DNA of 64,000 bases from an uncultured archaeon (GTDB lineage: Archaea > Aenigmatarchaeota > Aenigmatarchaeia > QMZP01 > JACQNV01), in contig CAYPFW010000001.1 of assembly GCA_964410585.1 (NCBI GenBank), positions 68,781 through 132,780 on the forward strand, written 5' to 3'. A model generated the notes under the pieces. It did not search any database. It was not told where the DNA came from and saw only the letters and a program-made list of their open reading frames with translations. This document shows, in pieces, positions 56,173 through 64,000 of this stretch; positions within the stretch are counted from its first letter, which is position 1, and each line of letters starts with the position of its first letter. Made by a program: the position numbers and the translations under genes.

Positions 56173-56588
56173 ATATCCAAAATAACCCTAGCAAACCATC
56201 CTGTTTTTGTTTTTTTCACTTCAAATCGATGCAGAGTGACAGCTTTTACATCAACTTTAAGTTCGTGTTTTTTTGGATCTATTTTTTCCCCTTCCAAAAC
56301 AGCTTTTAGTCTGTTTGGCTTTCCTTCAGAAATAGAAACTTTGATTTTTGAAAACAGAAGTAATTCAGCGTCTTTCAAAAAAATCAACTCTTGGAGAAAA
56401 TCAAAAAACAGCATTTCTATATTGTCTTTTTCCAAAACAATTTCCTTTTTCACTTTTGTTTTTATCCCCTTCAAATCAACTTGCGTCTCTTCTGTAGCCA
56501 GTCCTGCTGCTTCAAAAAGTTCATCTAAACTTTTCCCCTTTGCTTCAAACAAAACATCTGCTGTGTGGTCGAAAAACTTATAACCCAT
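56169..56588 (-). CDS. archease
   Basis: [29 protein letters not shown] archease N-terminal signature. Confidence 0.8.
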   Translation of the reverse strand: MGYKFFDHTADVLFEAKGKSLDELFEAAGLATEETQVDLKGIKTKVKKEIVLEKDNIEMLFFDFLQELIFLKDAELLLFSKIKVSISEGKPNRLKAVLEGEKIDPKKHELKVDVKAVTLHRFEVKKTKTGWFARVILDI

Positions 56589-56619
56589 CTTATTAATTGA
56601 CAGAGTAGAATATATCTCT

Positions 56620-57423
56620 ATGAGAAGAGGAATACGGCTTAGGGCCTATTTGATGCTGACAGGAGAATTCAAAAAATCTTTTGATGTGATTAGGCTAGTA
56701 GAGTCTGGAAAAATTTTGGTTAATGGAAAGATTGTCACAAACCCAGAATTCCACATAAACAAAAAAGATTTAATCGAGATGAAAGACGGTCAAGGTTTGA
56801 AAACATTTAAAACAAAATCTTTTGTTTACCTTATTTTGAACAAGCCTACAGGATATGTATCCCAAAAACTACCCCTTTCTTTAGAAAAGAAAGGTGTAAG
56901 GTATCCCAAAGAAACTAATATAGAAAATAATAATGAAAAGTCTGTGTACGAATTGATCTACAAAATACCTGAGCTAGATATTGAGACAAAAAAAACTTTA
57001 TTTGCTGTTGGTCGTTTAGACAAAGACACAGAAGGCCTGCTAATTTTCACAAATGATGGAAAATTATCCAATGAATTGATGAGGCCAGAAAAACACATAC
57101 AAAAAACTTATTTTGTTGAAACCCAAAAATCAATTTCTGAATTAGATTTGAAAAAATTGGAGTCTGGAGTAAAAATAAGAACAGAAGAAGGAGAAGCTTT
57201 TGTCAAGGCAGTCAAAACACAAAAATTTTCAGATAGAACAGCTGAATTGATTATAGACGAGGGAAAGAAAAGACAAGTGAAGCTCATGTTTTTGTCGATT
57301 GGAAACAATGTTGTTCGTTTGAAAAGAGTTGGTATTGGAAAACTAAGAATAGAAAACCTAGATTTCAAAGGAAAAAATTATTTGATAACCAACAAACAGG
57401 AGTTGGAAAAATTACTATTCTAG
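56620..57423 (+). CDS. RsuA/RluB-family pseudouridine synthase with S4 domain
   Basis: Catalytic motif GRLDKDTEGLLIFTNDG; S4-like N-terminus. Confidence 0.8.
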   Translation: MRRGIRLRAYLMLTGEFKKSFDVIRLVESGKILVNGKIVTNPEFHINKKDLIEMKDGQGLKTFKTKSFVYLILNKPTGYVSQKLPLSLEKKGVRYPKETNIENNNEKSVYELIYKIPELDIETKKTLFAVGRLDKDTEGLLIFTNDGKLSNELMRPEKHIQKTYFVETQKSISELDLKKLESGVKIRTEEGEAFVKAVKTQKFSDRTAELIIDEGKKRQVKLMFLSIGNNVVRLKRVGIGKLRIENLDFKGKNYLITNKQELEKLLF

Positions 57424-58275
57424 CTTTATTTTGTTTTTTATTCTATCTATTCCTTCCCCAATAAAAACCAATTTTTTATCTCCTTGCTTTTCTTCTAGAT
57501 CCCATCTACCAGCAACAAAATTTATCAGTGTGGATTTCCCATCTAAATTTACAAACCCTTTCAATCTGTACACTTCTTTTGGGATGTTTTTGAGGAAGCT
57601 TTCCAATTCGATTTTGGTAAACCTCTTTTTTGATTCTAAAACAAAACTTTCCATTTTGGTGTGTTCTGATTTTTTGTGCAATTTCCTTTCTCTATGTTCA
57701 ACTTCTAAAGAAAACAACAAGTCAACATCAACCTCACAGTGTTTTGTTTTGAAAACATGTGCACGCGGGTTTAGGTTTTTTATTTTGTTTTCAATATTTT
57801 TTATCTGATCCGCTTTTACCAAATCAATCTTGTTCAGTAAAACAACATCTGCAACTTCTATCTGTGCTTCACCAACTTTCCCTATGTTAGGGAACCGAAC
57901 AAAAGAATCTGCATCTACGACGATTACCACAGTATCCAGCTTTACCTCCTTCAAATTTTCTTCGACATCAAAAACAATTGCATCTGGTTCAGCCACTCCA
58001 GTTGTTTCAACAATAATTATTTCAGGTGAATATTTTTGTATGATCTCTTTTATTGCAAATTCAAATTCTCCTGTAAGAGAACAGCATACACAACCGCCGG
58101 AAAGTTCTTGTATATCCACATTTTTTCCTTTGATGATTTGTGTATCTATAGAAACTTCCCCAAACTCGTTCATCAAAATAGCAAATTTTCTGTCTAAATT
58201 TTCAATTACTCTTTTGAGTAGAGTTGTCTTCCCTGCTCCCAAATATCCAGAAATTATTGTTATTGGAGTTTTCAT
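57415..58275 (-). CDS. COG0523 (CobW/ZigA-like) metallochaperone GTPase
   Basis: Walker A GYLGAGKTTLL, GGCVCCS metal motif, NKIDL; start set to MKTPIT (ORF-track frame -27). Confidence 0.8.
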   Translation of the reverse strand: MKTPITIISGYLGAGKTTLLKRVIENLDRKFAILMNEFGEVSIDTQIIKGKNVDIQELSGGCVCCSLTGEFEFAIKEIIQKYSPEIIIVETTGVAEPDAIVFDVEENLKEVKLDTVVIVVDADSFVRFPNIGKVGEAQIEVADVVLLNKIDLVKADQIKNIENKIKNLNPRAHVFKTKHCEVDVDLLFSLEVEHRERKLHKKSEHTKMESFVLESKKRFTKIELESFLKNIPKEVYRLKGFVNLDGKSTLINFVAGRWDLEEKQGDKKLVFIGEGIDRIKNKIKLE

Positions 58276-58341
58276 ATTAGTATATATGACAAATAGAAAC
58301 ATAAGGAAATAGTCTCTTCTTCTTGTGATCTATTAAAAGTT

Positions 58342-59271
58342 TCATACTTTCCTCCCAACAATCAGATGATGTGGAGCATATGGGCCCTCGTCGCCATCTG
58401 TATATCTCCAAAGTTCTGTTTTAAATCCTCTTTCCTCTAAAAACAAACATCTATCCAAACAAATCAATTGTTTAGCAACAATAGAAACAATCATATTGTG
58501 TTCATCTCGGTGTGTTTCTGGAACAAATCTGTCTCCTTCTTTCCTTCTTGTGTGTGGAGCATTTATCAATTTATGTAAAAGTTGAGTGTCAATACCAAAC
58601 TTTTTGGCATAGTCAGATAGTGGAAATTTGTATGGGTATCTTCTTCCATTTTTTCCGGCTTCTAAATCTTTTCCACTTCTATCCACTAATTCTGGAAGGT
58701 TTATTGGTGTGCTCAAAACAATATCAACACCTGTCGCAGCTGCCTGTTGAACCAAATCTGCTCCAACAATGCCAGGAGATCTAAATCCAGTTAGAATCCG
58801 TTGTCCACCATTGTAGTGTGCACTAAGCGGATATCTTGGTTCAAATCTTGCTTCCTCTAATCTTAGATTTCCAACTGCTGCGTGGAGATCTTTCAAATAT
58901 CTTAGAACTTCTTCCCTTGTTCTGAATGTTCTGTATCCCAAATTTGCATCATTGTTAAAATTTTCAGGGGAAAAGGAAACATCTATACCAACAACTGCTA
59001 TTTTTGGTTTTTCTCTTGCAAAATCCGCTGTGAATCTTATGCCTGAATGGCAACCAACATCGACAAGTACTGTGCTTGGCTCGTCTCTTATTTCAGGTGA
59101 AAACCTATCAACAACATATTCTCTGTCTAAGACCCCTTCTGGTTCTAAACCATCTGTTCTAGGAAGACTTCTTTCTTGATATCCAAAATCTTCTCTATAG
59201 CTTCCTGTTCTGAGACCTCCAAACCTGTCTAAAAAGTGTACAGTATAAAAAAACCTTTCTCTAGTGTTCAT
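58342..59271 (-). CDS. hypothetical protein, possibly methyltransferase-fold
   Basis: VLVDVGCHSGIRF weakly resembles SAM-binding motif I; Arg/Gly-richer composition. Confidence 0.45.
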   Translation of the reverse strand: MNTRERFFYTVHFLDRFGGLRTGSYREDFGYQERSLPRTDGLEPEGVLDREYVVDRFSPEIRDEPSTVLVDVGCHSGIRFTADFAREKPKIAVVGIDVSFSPENFNNDANLGYRTFRTREEVLRYLKDLHAAVGNLRLEEARFEPRYPLSAHYNGGQRILTGFRSPGIVGADLVQQAAATGVDIVLSTPINLPELVDRSGKDLEAGKNGRRYPYKFPLSDYAKKFGIDTQLLHKLINAPHTRRKEGDRFVPETHRDEHNMIVSIVAKQLICLDRCLFLEERGFKTELWRYTDGDEGPYAPHHLIVGRKV

Positions 59272-59364
59272 TGGAGAAGTAGGCTAGAATGATTTATATA
59301 TTTTAAAAAGATGTTTTGGATCAAAGAGGTTAACATAAGTTTATGTATTAGCTGTGGTATATAA

Positions 59365-60339
59365 TTAACCCTTAACATTCCCAACGGGAACCAACTTGAC
59401 AACTTTTTGAGAAATATCTTCATCAAGTCTATTTTTCTTTGATTCTATATATTTATCGAGAGCTACCTTTTTGATAAACCAGTTCCTTCCTATCTTGTGT
59501 GCTTCTATTTTTCCCTTTCTTGCAAGCAGGCTAAGATATTCTTGTGAATATGGTGTGCCTTTTGATGCTTGCTCCAGGCTTATAAATTCCGGTCCCTTTT
59601 TGAAAGCATCCAAATAAAAGTCTAGGCTTCTTTCCACATTGCGAGCAATAAAATTTGCAAATGGTTTAATGTCTCCTGAATCTGCTTTTCTAAGTTTGTC
59701 ATAGTATTTATTCCTATCAACTTTTAGTACCATCGTTATTGGATATCCATGTTTCATCAAAAAGAGGTTCATGATCAATCTTGATGTTCTCCCATTACCA
59801 TCTGTGAATGGGTGTATTTCAACTAGTTTATAGTGTATAATTGCCGCGAGTTCTATAACATTCAAATTTTCTGGGTTGTTAGAGACATATTCTATAAACT
59901 CTTTCATTTTGTCAGGGACTTTTTCAAACCTTGGCGGACTTTTTACAGCTCCCAAAATTCTTACATTTACATCTCTGTATCTGCCTGCATATTCATCATC
60001 AATACCTGTCAAAATTATCTTGTGAACTCCCTTTATTGTATCCTCTGTTATTTGAGATGTTTTGTTTACAATGTCTTCCAAAAATTCAAAAGCTTTTTGG
60101 TGGTTTATAGCCTCAAAGTGTTCCCTTAAAGGTTTTCCTTTTATTGTAATGCCTTCCTCTATAACAAGTTTTGTTTCTCTTAATGTAAGCGTGTTGCCCT
60201 CTATAGCATTTGAATTGTATGCCAATTCTATTGCAAACTGTTTTCTCAAATTCTCCAATGCAGATTTCGGCAATGGTCTTAGCGCGTCCAATTCCTTCTT
60301 CTTTTTAACTATTCTTTGGTATAATTCTTGATCTATCAT
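59365..60339 (-). CDS. fic: Fic/DOC-family protein with C-terminal winged-helix domain
   Basis: Fic motif HPFTDGNGRTSR; last 16 codons copy the rtcB C-terminus. Confidence 0.8.
   Translation of the reverse strand: MIDQELYQRIVKKKKELDALRPLPKSALENLRKQFAIELAYNSNAIEGNTLTLRETKLVIEEGITIKGKPLREHFEAINHQKAFEFLEDIVNKTSQITEDTIKGVHKIILTGIDDEYAGRYRDVNVRILGAVKSPPRFEKVPDKMKEFIEYVSNNPENLNVIELAAIIHYKLVEIHPFTDGNGRTSRLIMNLFLMKHGYPITMVLKVDRNKYYDKLRKADSGDIKPFANFIARNVERSLDFYLDAFKKGPEFISLEQASKGTPYSQEYLSLLARKGKIEAHKIGRNWFIKKVALDKYIESKKNRLDEDISQKVVKLVPVGNVKG
59368..59415. repeat. 48-bp direct repeat, copy 1 (3' end of fic)
   Basis: ACCCTTAACATTCCCAACGGGAACCAACTTGACAACTTTTTGAGAAAT; 45/48 identical to copy 2. Confidence 0.85.
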
Positions 60340-60443
60340 ATCTATATATTGTATCGGATATCTTATAAATCTATCTATCCGATATATTAGAATACAGTAT
60401 CGGATGCAACTGATTTTAATCTATCCGATATTGGAAGAAACAG

Positions 60444-61928
60444 CTAACCCTTAACATTCCCAATTGGAACCAACTTGACAACTTTCTGAGAAATGCCAGC
60501 GTTGTGTGCTGATTCGATGACTTCGTCAATATCCTTGTACGCGCCACCAGCTTCTTCAGCTAAACCAGAGAACGAAACCGTTTTAACTAGAATTCCTCTC
60601 TTCTCCATATCTTTTTGTAGTTGCTCGCCTCTCCACTGCCTTTTCGCTGCGTTTCTTGACATTGTCCTTCCAGAACCGTGGCATGTTGATCCAAAAGTCT
60701 CTTCTTCTGCTTTTTTTGTGCCGACCAAGAGATATGAGCCAGTTTCCATTGAGCCACCGATGATCACAGGTTGTCCATCATCCCTGTAAATTTTAGGAAC
60801 CTCCTCCCTTCCAGGACCAAGGCTTCTGGTTGCGCCTTTTCTATGTACGATGACTTTTTTCTTTTTTCCATCAACTACATATTCTTCAATTTTAGCGGTA
60901 TTGTGCGCCACATCATACACTTGTTTCATTCCTAAACTTTCCGGTGACTGTTTGAAAACATCTGAGAATACCTCTCTGATTCTGTGCAAAATAACTTGCC
61001 TATTTGCAAAGCTCATGTTTATTCCAGTTTGCATTGCTTTGAAATAATCTTGTCCTTCAGGTGATTGGAAAGGAGCACAAGCAAGCTCCCTGTCCAAAAT
61101 TTTTATTTTGTATTTAGATTCCATCACAGACAAAAATTTGGTCAAATAATCTGTTGCAACTTGGTGGCCATATCCTCTTGAACCACAATGGAACATCAAA
61201 ACAATTTGATCTGGGAAAATCCCCCATTTTTTTGCAAGTTCTTTGTTGATTATGTTTTCTGGCAGAACTCTTTGGATTTCTAAATAGTGGTTTCCAGAAC
61301 CTAAAGTTCCTATCTGATCTTTACCTCTTTGGATAGCTTTGTCAGAAACTTTGGAAACATCTGCTGCTTTCATCCTTCCATTTTCTTCTGTCCTTTCCAA
61401 ATCCTCTTCCCAACCATATCCTTGCTTCACACACCACTCTGCACCAAGTTCAACAACTTCTTTGAATTGTTGTGCATTTAGTTTCACAAAACCAGAAGAT
61501 CCAACACCTGCAGGAACTCTATCGTATAGTTTATTTACTAAGTTTCTTAGTTGAGGTTGGACATCTTTGAAAGTGAGATTTGTCAACACAAGACGCATGC
61601 CGCAGTTAATATCAAACCCTATTCCACCTGGAGAAATCACACCTTCTTCTAAATCAAACGCAGCGACACCGCCAATCGGAAAACCGTATCCCCAGTGTCC
61701 ATCTGGCATACAGTATGCAAATTTCTGAATTCCGGGCAAGTTTGCGACATTGGTTATTTGGTCGTAGACTCCTGGGTCCATTTCGTTGACCAATTTCTTT
61801 GACGCGACAATTCTTGCCGGCACATTCATGCCAGTTTTGTGGGTTTTAGGGATTTCCCAGATGTATGGTGTGATCTGCTTGATTTCTTTTGGCTTCTCTA
61901 TTCTGATCTGAGATCCTTCTTCGTTCAT
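60444..61928 (-). CDS. rtcB: tRNA-splicing ligase RtcB
   Basis: GGSMETGSYLLVGT and GSTCHGSGR motifs, 494 aa, C-terminus KLVPIGNVKG. Confidence 0.9.
   Translation of the reverse strand: MNEEGSQIRIEKPKEIKQITPYIWEIPKTHKTGMNVPARIVASKKLVNEMDPGVYDQITNVANLPGIQKFAYCMPDGHWGYGFPIGGVAAFDLEEGVISPGGIGFDINCGMRLVLTNLTFKDVQPQLRNLVNKLYDRVPAGVGSSGFVKLNAQQFKEVVELGAEWCVKQGYGWEEDLERTEENGRMKAADVSKVSDKAIQRGKDQIGTLGSGNHYLEIQRVLPENIINKELAKKWGIFPDQIVLMFHCGSRGYGHQVATDYLTKFLSVMESKYKIKILDRELACAPFQSPEGQDYFKAMQTGINMSFANRQVILHRIREVFSDVFKQSPESLGMKQVYDVAHNTAKIEEYVVDGKKKKVIVHRKGATRSLGPGREEVPKIYRDDGQPVIIGGSMETGSYLLVGTKKAEEETFGSTCHGSGRTMSRNAAKRQWRGEQLQKDMEKRGILVKTVSFSGLAEEAGGAYKDIDEVIESAHNAGISQKVVKLVPIGNVKG
60447..60494. repeat. 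48-bp direct repeat, copy 2 (3' end of rtcB)
   Basis: ACCCTTAACATTCCCAATTGGAACCAACTTGACAACTTTCTGAGAAAT. Confidence 0.85.
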
Positions 61929-61965
61929 AGGCTATAATAGAAATAGATCAATATAAATATCTAAA

Positions 61966-63048
61966 TCATCTTTTCCCTCTAACAGCTTCCTCTACTTCGT
62001 GAATATCATTAGAAATTTCATCAAAACTACTAAGGGCTTTCACACGCTCTTCTTCTGTCATGTACATACCGTTATAAACTAGATATGTTGGTACTCCAGT
62101 TTCGCCTCCTCTGCCTTTAGATATAAAACCACCTTTGAGAACAACCCAGGGAGCCAGTGGATGGCCAGAAAAGCTAAACCTCGACGCTCTGATCGAAGAT
62201 TCTATTGCAGCTCTAGGATCTTCTACACCTGTTTTTTGGTAGAAGAAGTCTCTAATTGTTTCGTTTTCATCTAACCACATCAAACCAGAATTTCTAGATG
62301 GGTTTTCTTGATCTAAATACCAATCCATGAAATTATCAAAAAATCTTCCAGCGTCTTGTATAGCTGCACCAAAGTCGCGTTGACCTCTAACAGTTCTCTT
62401 GAACACATAAGCATCTATAGAAAATCCTCCAACTTCTACACCAACAACACTATCAAATCCTAAGGTTCCTCTTTTAACATCTCTCAGTATTCCTTCTGCT
62501 CCTTGTTTTAATTCTTTCTCGAATTTTGGATTGAAAGAACCGACCATATGTATTTCAACTTGATAAACTGGTTTATCTTGGTTTTCAAACAAAGCATAAC
62601 CTTTCAAAGCTCTGTGCACTGCCAAAGGATTCTTAAAAATAGGATCGTGAACTGGAATAACTATTCTTGTTGGATCTCTGTCAAAATGAGTAAAGTCTGT
62701 ACCAACTGTCCTCTGCAATCTTTCTATATCGCCCATAGCTGTTTGCAGAAAAGTTGGAGATTCAATATAGCCTTTCTCTCTTTTACCTGAATAAAATCTA
62801 TAAAATACTTGTGCTTCTAAACATCCACCAGTATCTAAACTTGGTTTTATATCTCTGTGTGACCAAACAGAACCGTGCCTACCCTCGAATGTATATTCGG
62901 GTGTTTTCGGTCTCCCGTCTACCTTCTCCATTGTTCTAAAAAAGGGTTCTAAGACACCACGATTTTTAAAAAGCCAGTTTGCATCTGACTCATAATCTTC
63001 TCCCCTTGTAGGATATGTTCTCGCTGATACCGCTTTTACTTTTATCAT
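61966..63048 (-). CDS. hypothetical protein (360 aa)
   Basis: ORF track; Arg/Gly/Asp-richer than typical for the window; no recognised motif. Confidence 0.5.
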   Translation of the reverse strand: MIKVKAVSARTYPTRGEDYESDANWLFKNRGVLEPFFRTMEKVDGRPKTPEYTFEGRHGSVWSHRDIKPSLDTGGCLEAQVFYRFYSGKREKGYIESPTFLQTAMGDIERLQRTVGTDFTHFDRDPTRIVIPVHDPIFKNPLAVHRALKGYALFENQDKPVYQVEIHMVGSFNPKFEKELKQGAEGILRDVKRGTLGFDSVVGVEVGGFSIDAYVFKRTVRGQRDFGAAIQDAGRFFDNFMDWYLDQENPSRNSGLMWLDENETIRDFFYQKTGVEDPRAAIESSIRASRFSFSGHPLAPWVVLKGGFISKGRGGETGVPTYLVYNGMYMTEEERVKALSSFDEISNDIHEVEEAVRGKR

Positions 63049-63257
63049 GCTATTACTTGAGGTAGTAAGCTTTAAATTACTACTGGAGAGTTAAACGCTT
63101 AAAAAGCTTTGCCTATAGAAATTCGCCCTAATTTAGATCCATTAAACAACATGCCACAAAAATTATCCAAATTTAAAACTTTCTGCCAACTTATAGAATT
63201 GGATACATCTGATTGAACAGTGTTCAAAGGCCAAAAAGATGTATTGGGCATTATATT

Positions 63258-64000
63258 ATGGAAGCAGAAGCACAAAATGTCATTGCAATAATGAGTGATT
63301 TTGATAGGACACTTTCACCTAGTTGCTTGACTCCACTTTTCAAGGAAAGAGGAATCACAGAAGACGAGTTCTTGAAACTAGCAAATGATAGATATAATTT
63401 AGAAAGAGCGGATTTTCTAAGAAGAGTTGAATTAGAAGAAGCACAGCTTCCAGAACACCTTAGGATCAATCCCAGAATGCAGGAGAGGTCGCACCCTTCA
63501 CCTGAAGTTGCTTATTTCAATGTTCTTCTGGATTTGGTGAGAGAGAATGAAAAGTTTAGAGGTTTATCAAGAGCCGAGCTTAGAGAATTGGGAAGAGAGG
63601 TTAAGTTCTATGATGGTGCCCCAGATTTTGTAAGAGAAATGAAAGAAGAGGTACAGAGAGATCAAAATTGGTCAAAGCACAAAATCACTTTAGAATTTCA
63701 CATTGTAAGTTCAGGTCCTGCAGAAATAATTAGAGGAACAAGTATATCCAGTTTTTGCAACGGGATTTTTGGATTGGAAACATATGCAGTAGACCCAACA
63801 TCAATGACAGATCCTATCCATGAAGTTGTTTCTCCAATGACATTCACAGACAAAACAGGCGTTGTTCACAAAGTGCACAAAGGTCCTGATGTTCATGTGA
63901 ATGATTATGTTCCACCACACTTGAGAAGAGTAAGCGGTTCTTGTCTAATCTACATGGGCGATGGATCAACAGATGTGCCTCCAATGTCTGCAACAAGAAC
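63258..64000 (+). CDS. HAD-like hydrolase, partial (runs off window end)
   Basis: Unlisted ORF MEAEAQNVIAIMSDFDRTL... with DxDxT-like motif I and IYMGDGSTD near the end; no stop before edge. Confidence 0.45.
   Translation, partial: MEAEAQNVIAIMSDFDRTLSPSCLTPLFKERGITEDEFLKLANDRYNLERADFLRRVELEEAQLPEHLRINPRMQERSHPSPEVAYFNVLLDLVRENEKFRGLSRAELRELGREVKFYDGAPDFVREMKEEVQRDQNWSKHKITLEFHIVSSGPAEIIRGTSISSFCNGIFGLETYAVDPTSMTDPIHEVVSPMTFTDKTGVVHKVHKGPDVHVNDYVPPHLRRVSGSCLIYMGDGSTDVPPMSATR

Noticed and set aside
1-64000. CRISPR arrays and rRNA genes
   Set aside because: No array of regularly spaced identical repeats and no rRNA-like conserved stretches were seen; the repeated intergenic elements are dispersed single copies next to genes, not an array

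Overview
The window reads as an AT-rich, tightly packed archaeal chromosome segment with a DPANN-like character (inferred from short intergenic spacers, lysine/isoleucine-rich proteins and an archaeal gene set: Spt4, Rpo7, S24e, S4e, L30e, aSUI1, RNase P p29, archaeal-type ProRS, RtcB plus archease). Main blocks: (i) 1-9 kb: gatB, a methyltransferase, a tandem ATP-cone protein, a Kunitz-like lipoprotein; (ii) 9.3-13.6 kb: sucC-like, sucD-like and a short citrate-synthase-like gene (possible split ATP-citrate lyase) with a thioredoxin-lipoprotein/CcdA pair between them; (iii) 13.9-31.6 kb: MgtE-like transporters, gatA, gatC, Mre11, a CuA-cupredoxin/RnfD-like trio, and several very large Cys-rich or Ser/Thr-rich surface proteins; (iv) 31.6-35.1 kb: a cyclase-NTPase-TPR signalling protein and a UPF0175/DUF3368 toxin-antitoxin pair; (v) 35-53.6 kb: proS, rpo7, spt4, rps24e, an atypical tRNA locus, and a rearranged ribosomal-protein cluster (L4-L23-L2-S19-L22-S3-L29-SUI1 ... 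p29 ... S17-L14-L24-S4e-L5-S14-S8-L30e-NusA) punctuated by two families of conserved intergenic elements; (vi) 53.7-64 kb: a full-length bacterial-type sigma-70 fused to six HTH-like repeats, archease, RsuA-type pseudouridine synthase, a COG0523 GTPase, a Fic gene flanked by a 48-bp duplication of the rtcB 3' end, and rtcB. No rRNA or CRISPR array was seen. The strongest candidates for something undescribed are the sigma-70/multi-HTH protein in an archaeal context, the covarying leader/terminator-like element families, the split-looking tRNA, the Fic insertion, and the SucCD+Ccl-like cluster. All protein calls are motif-level recognition from memory without database searches. CDS coordinates follow the supplied ORF track (starts adjusted by codon arithmetic where stated); coordinates of non-ORF elements were hand-counted and may be off by 1-2 nt.
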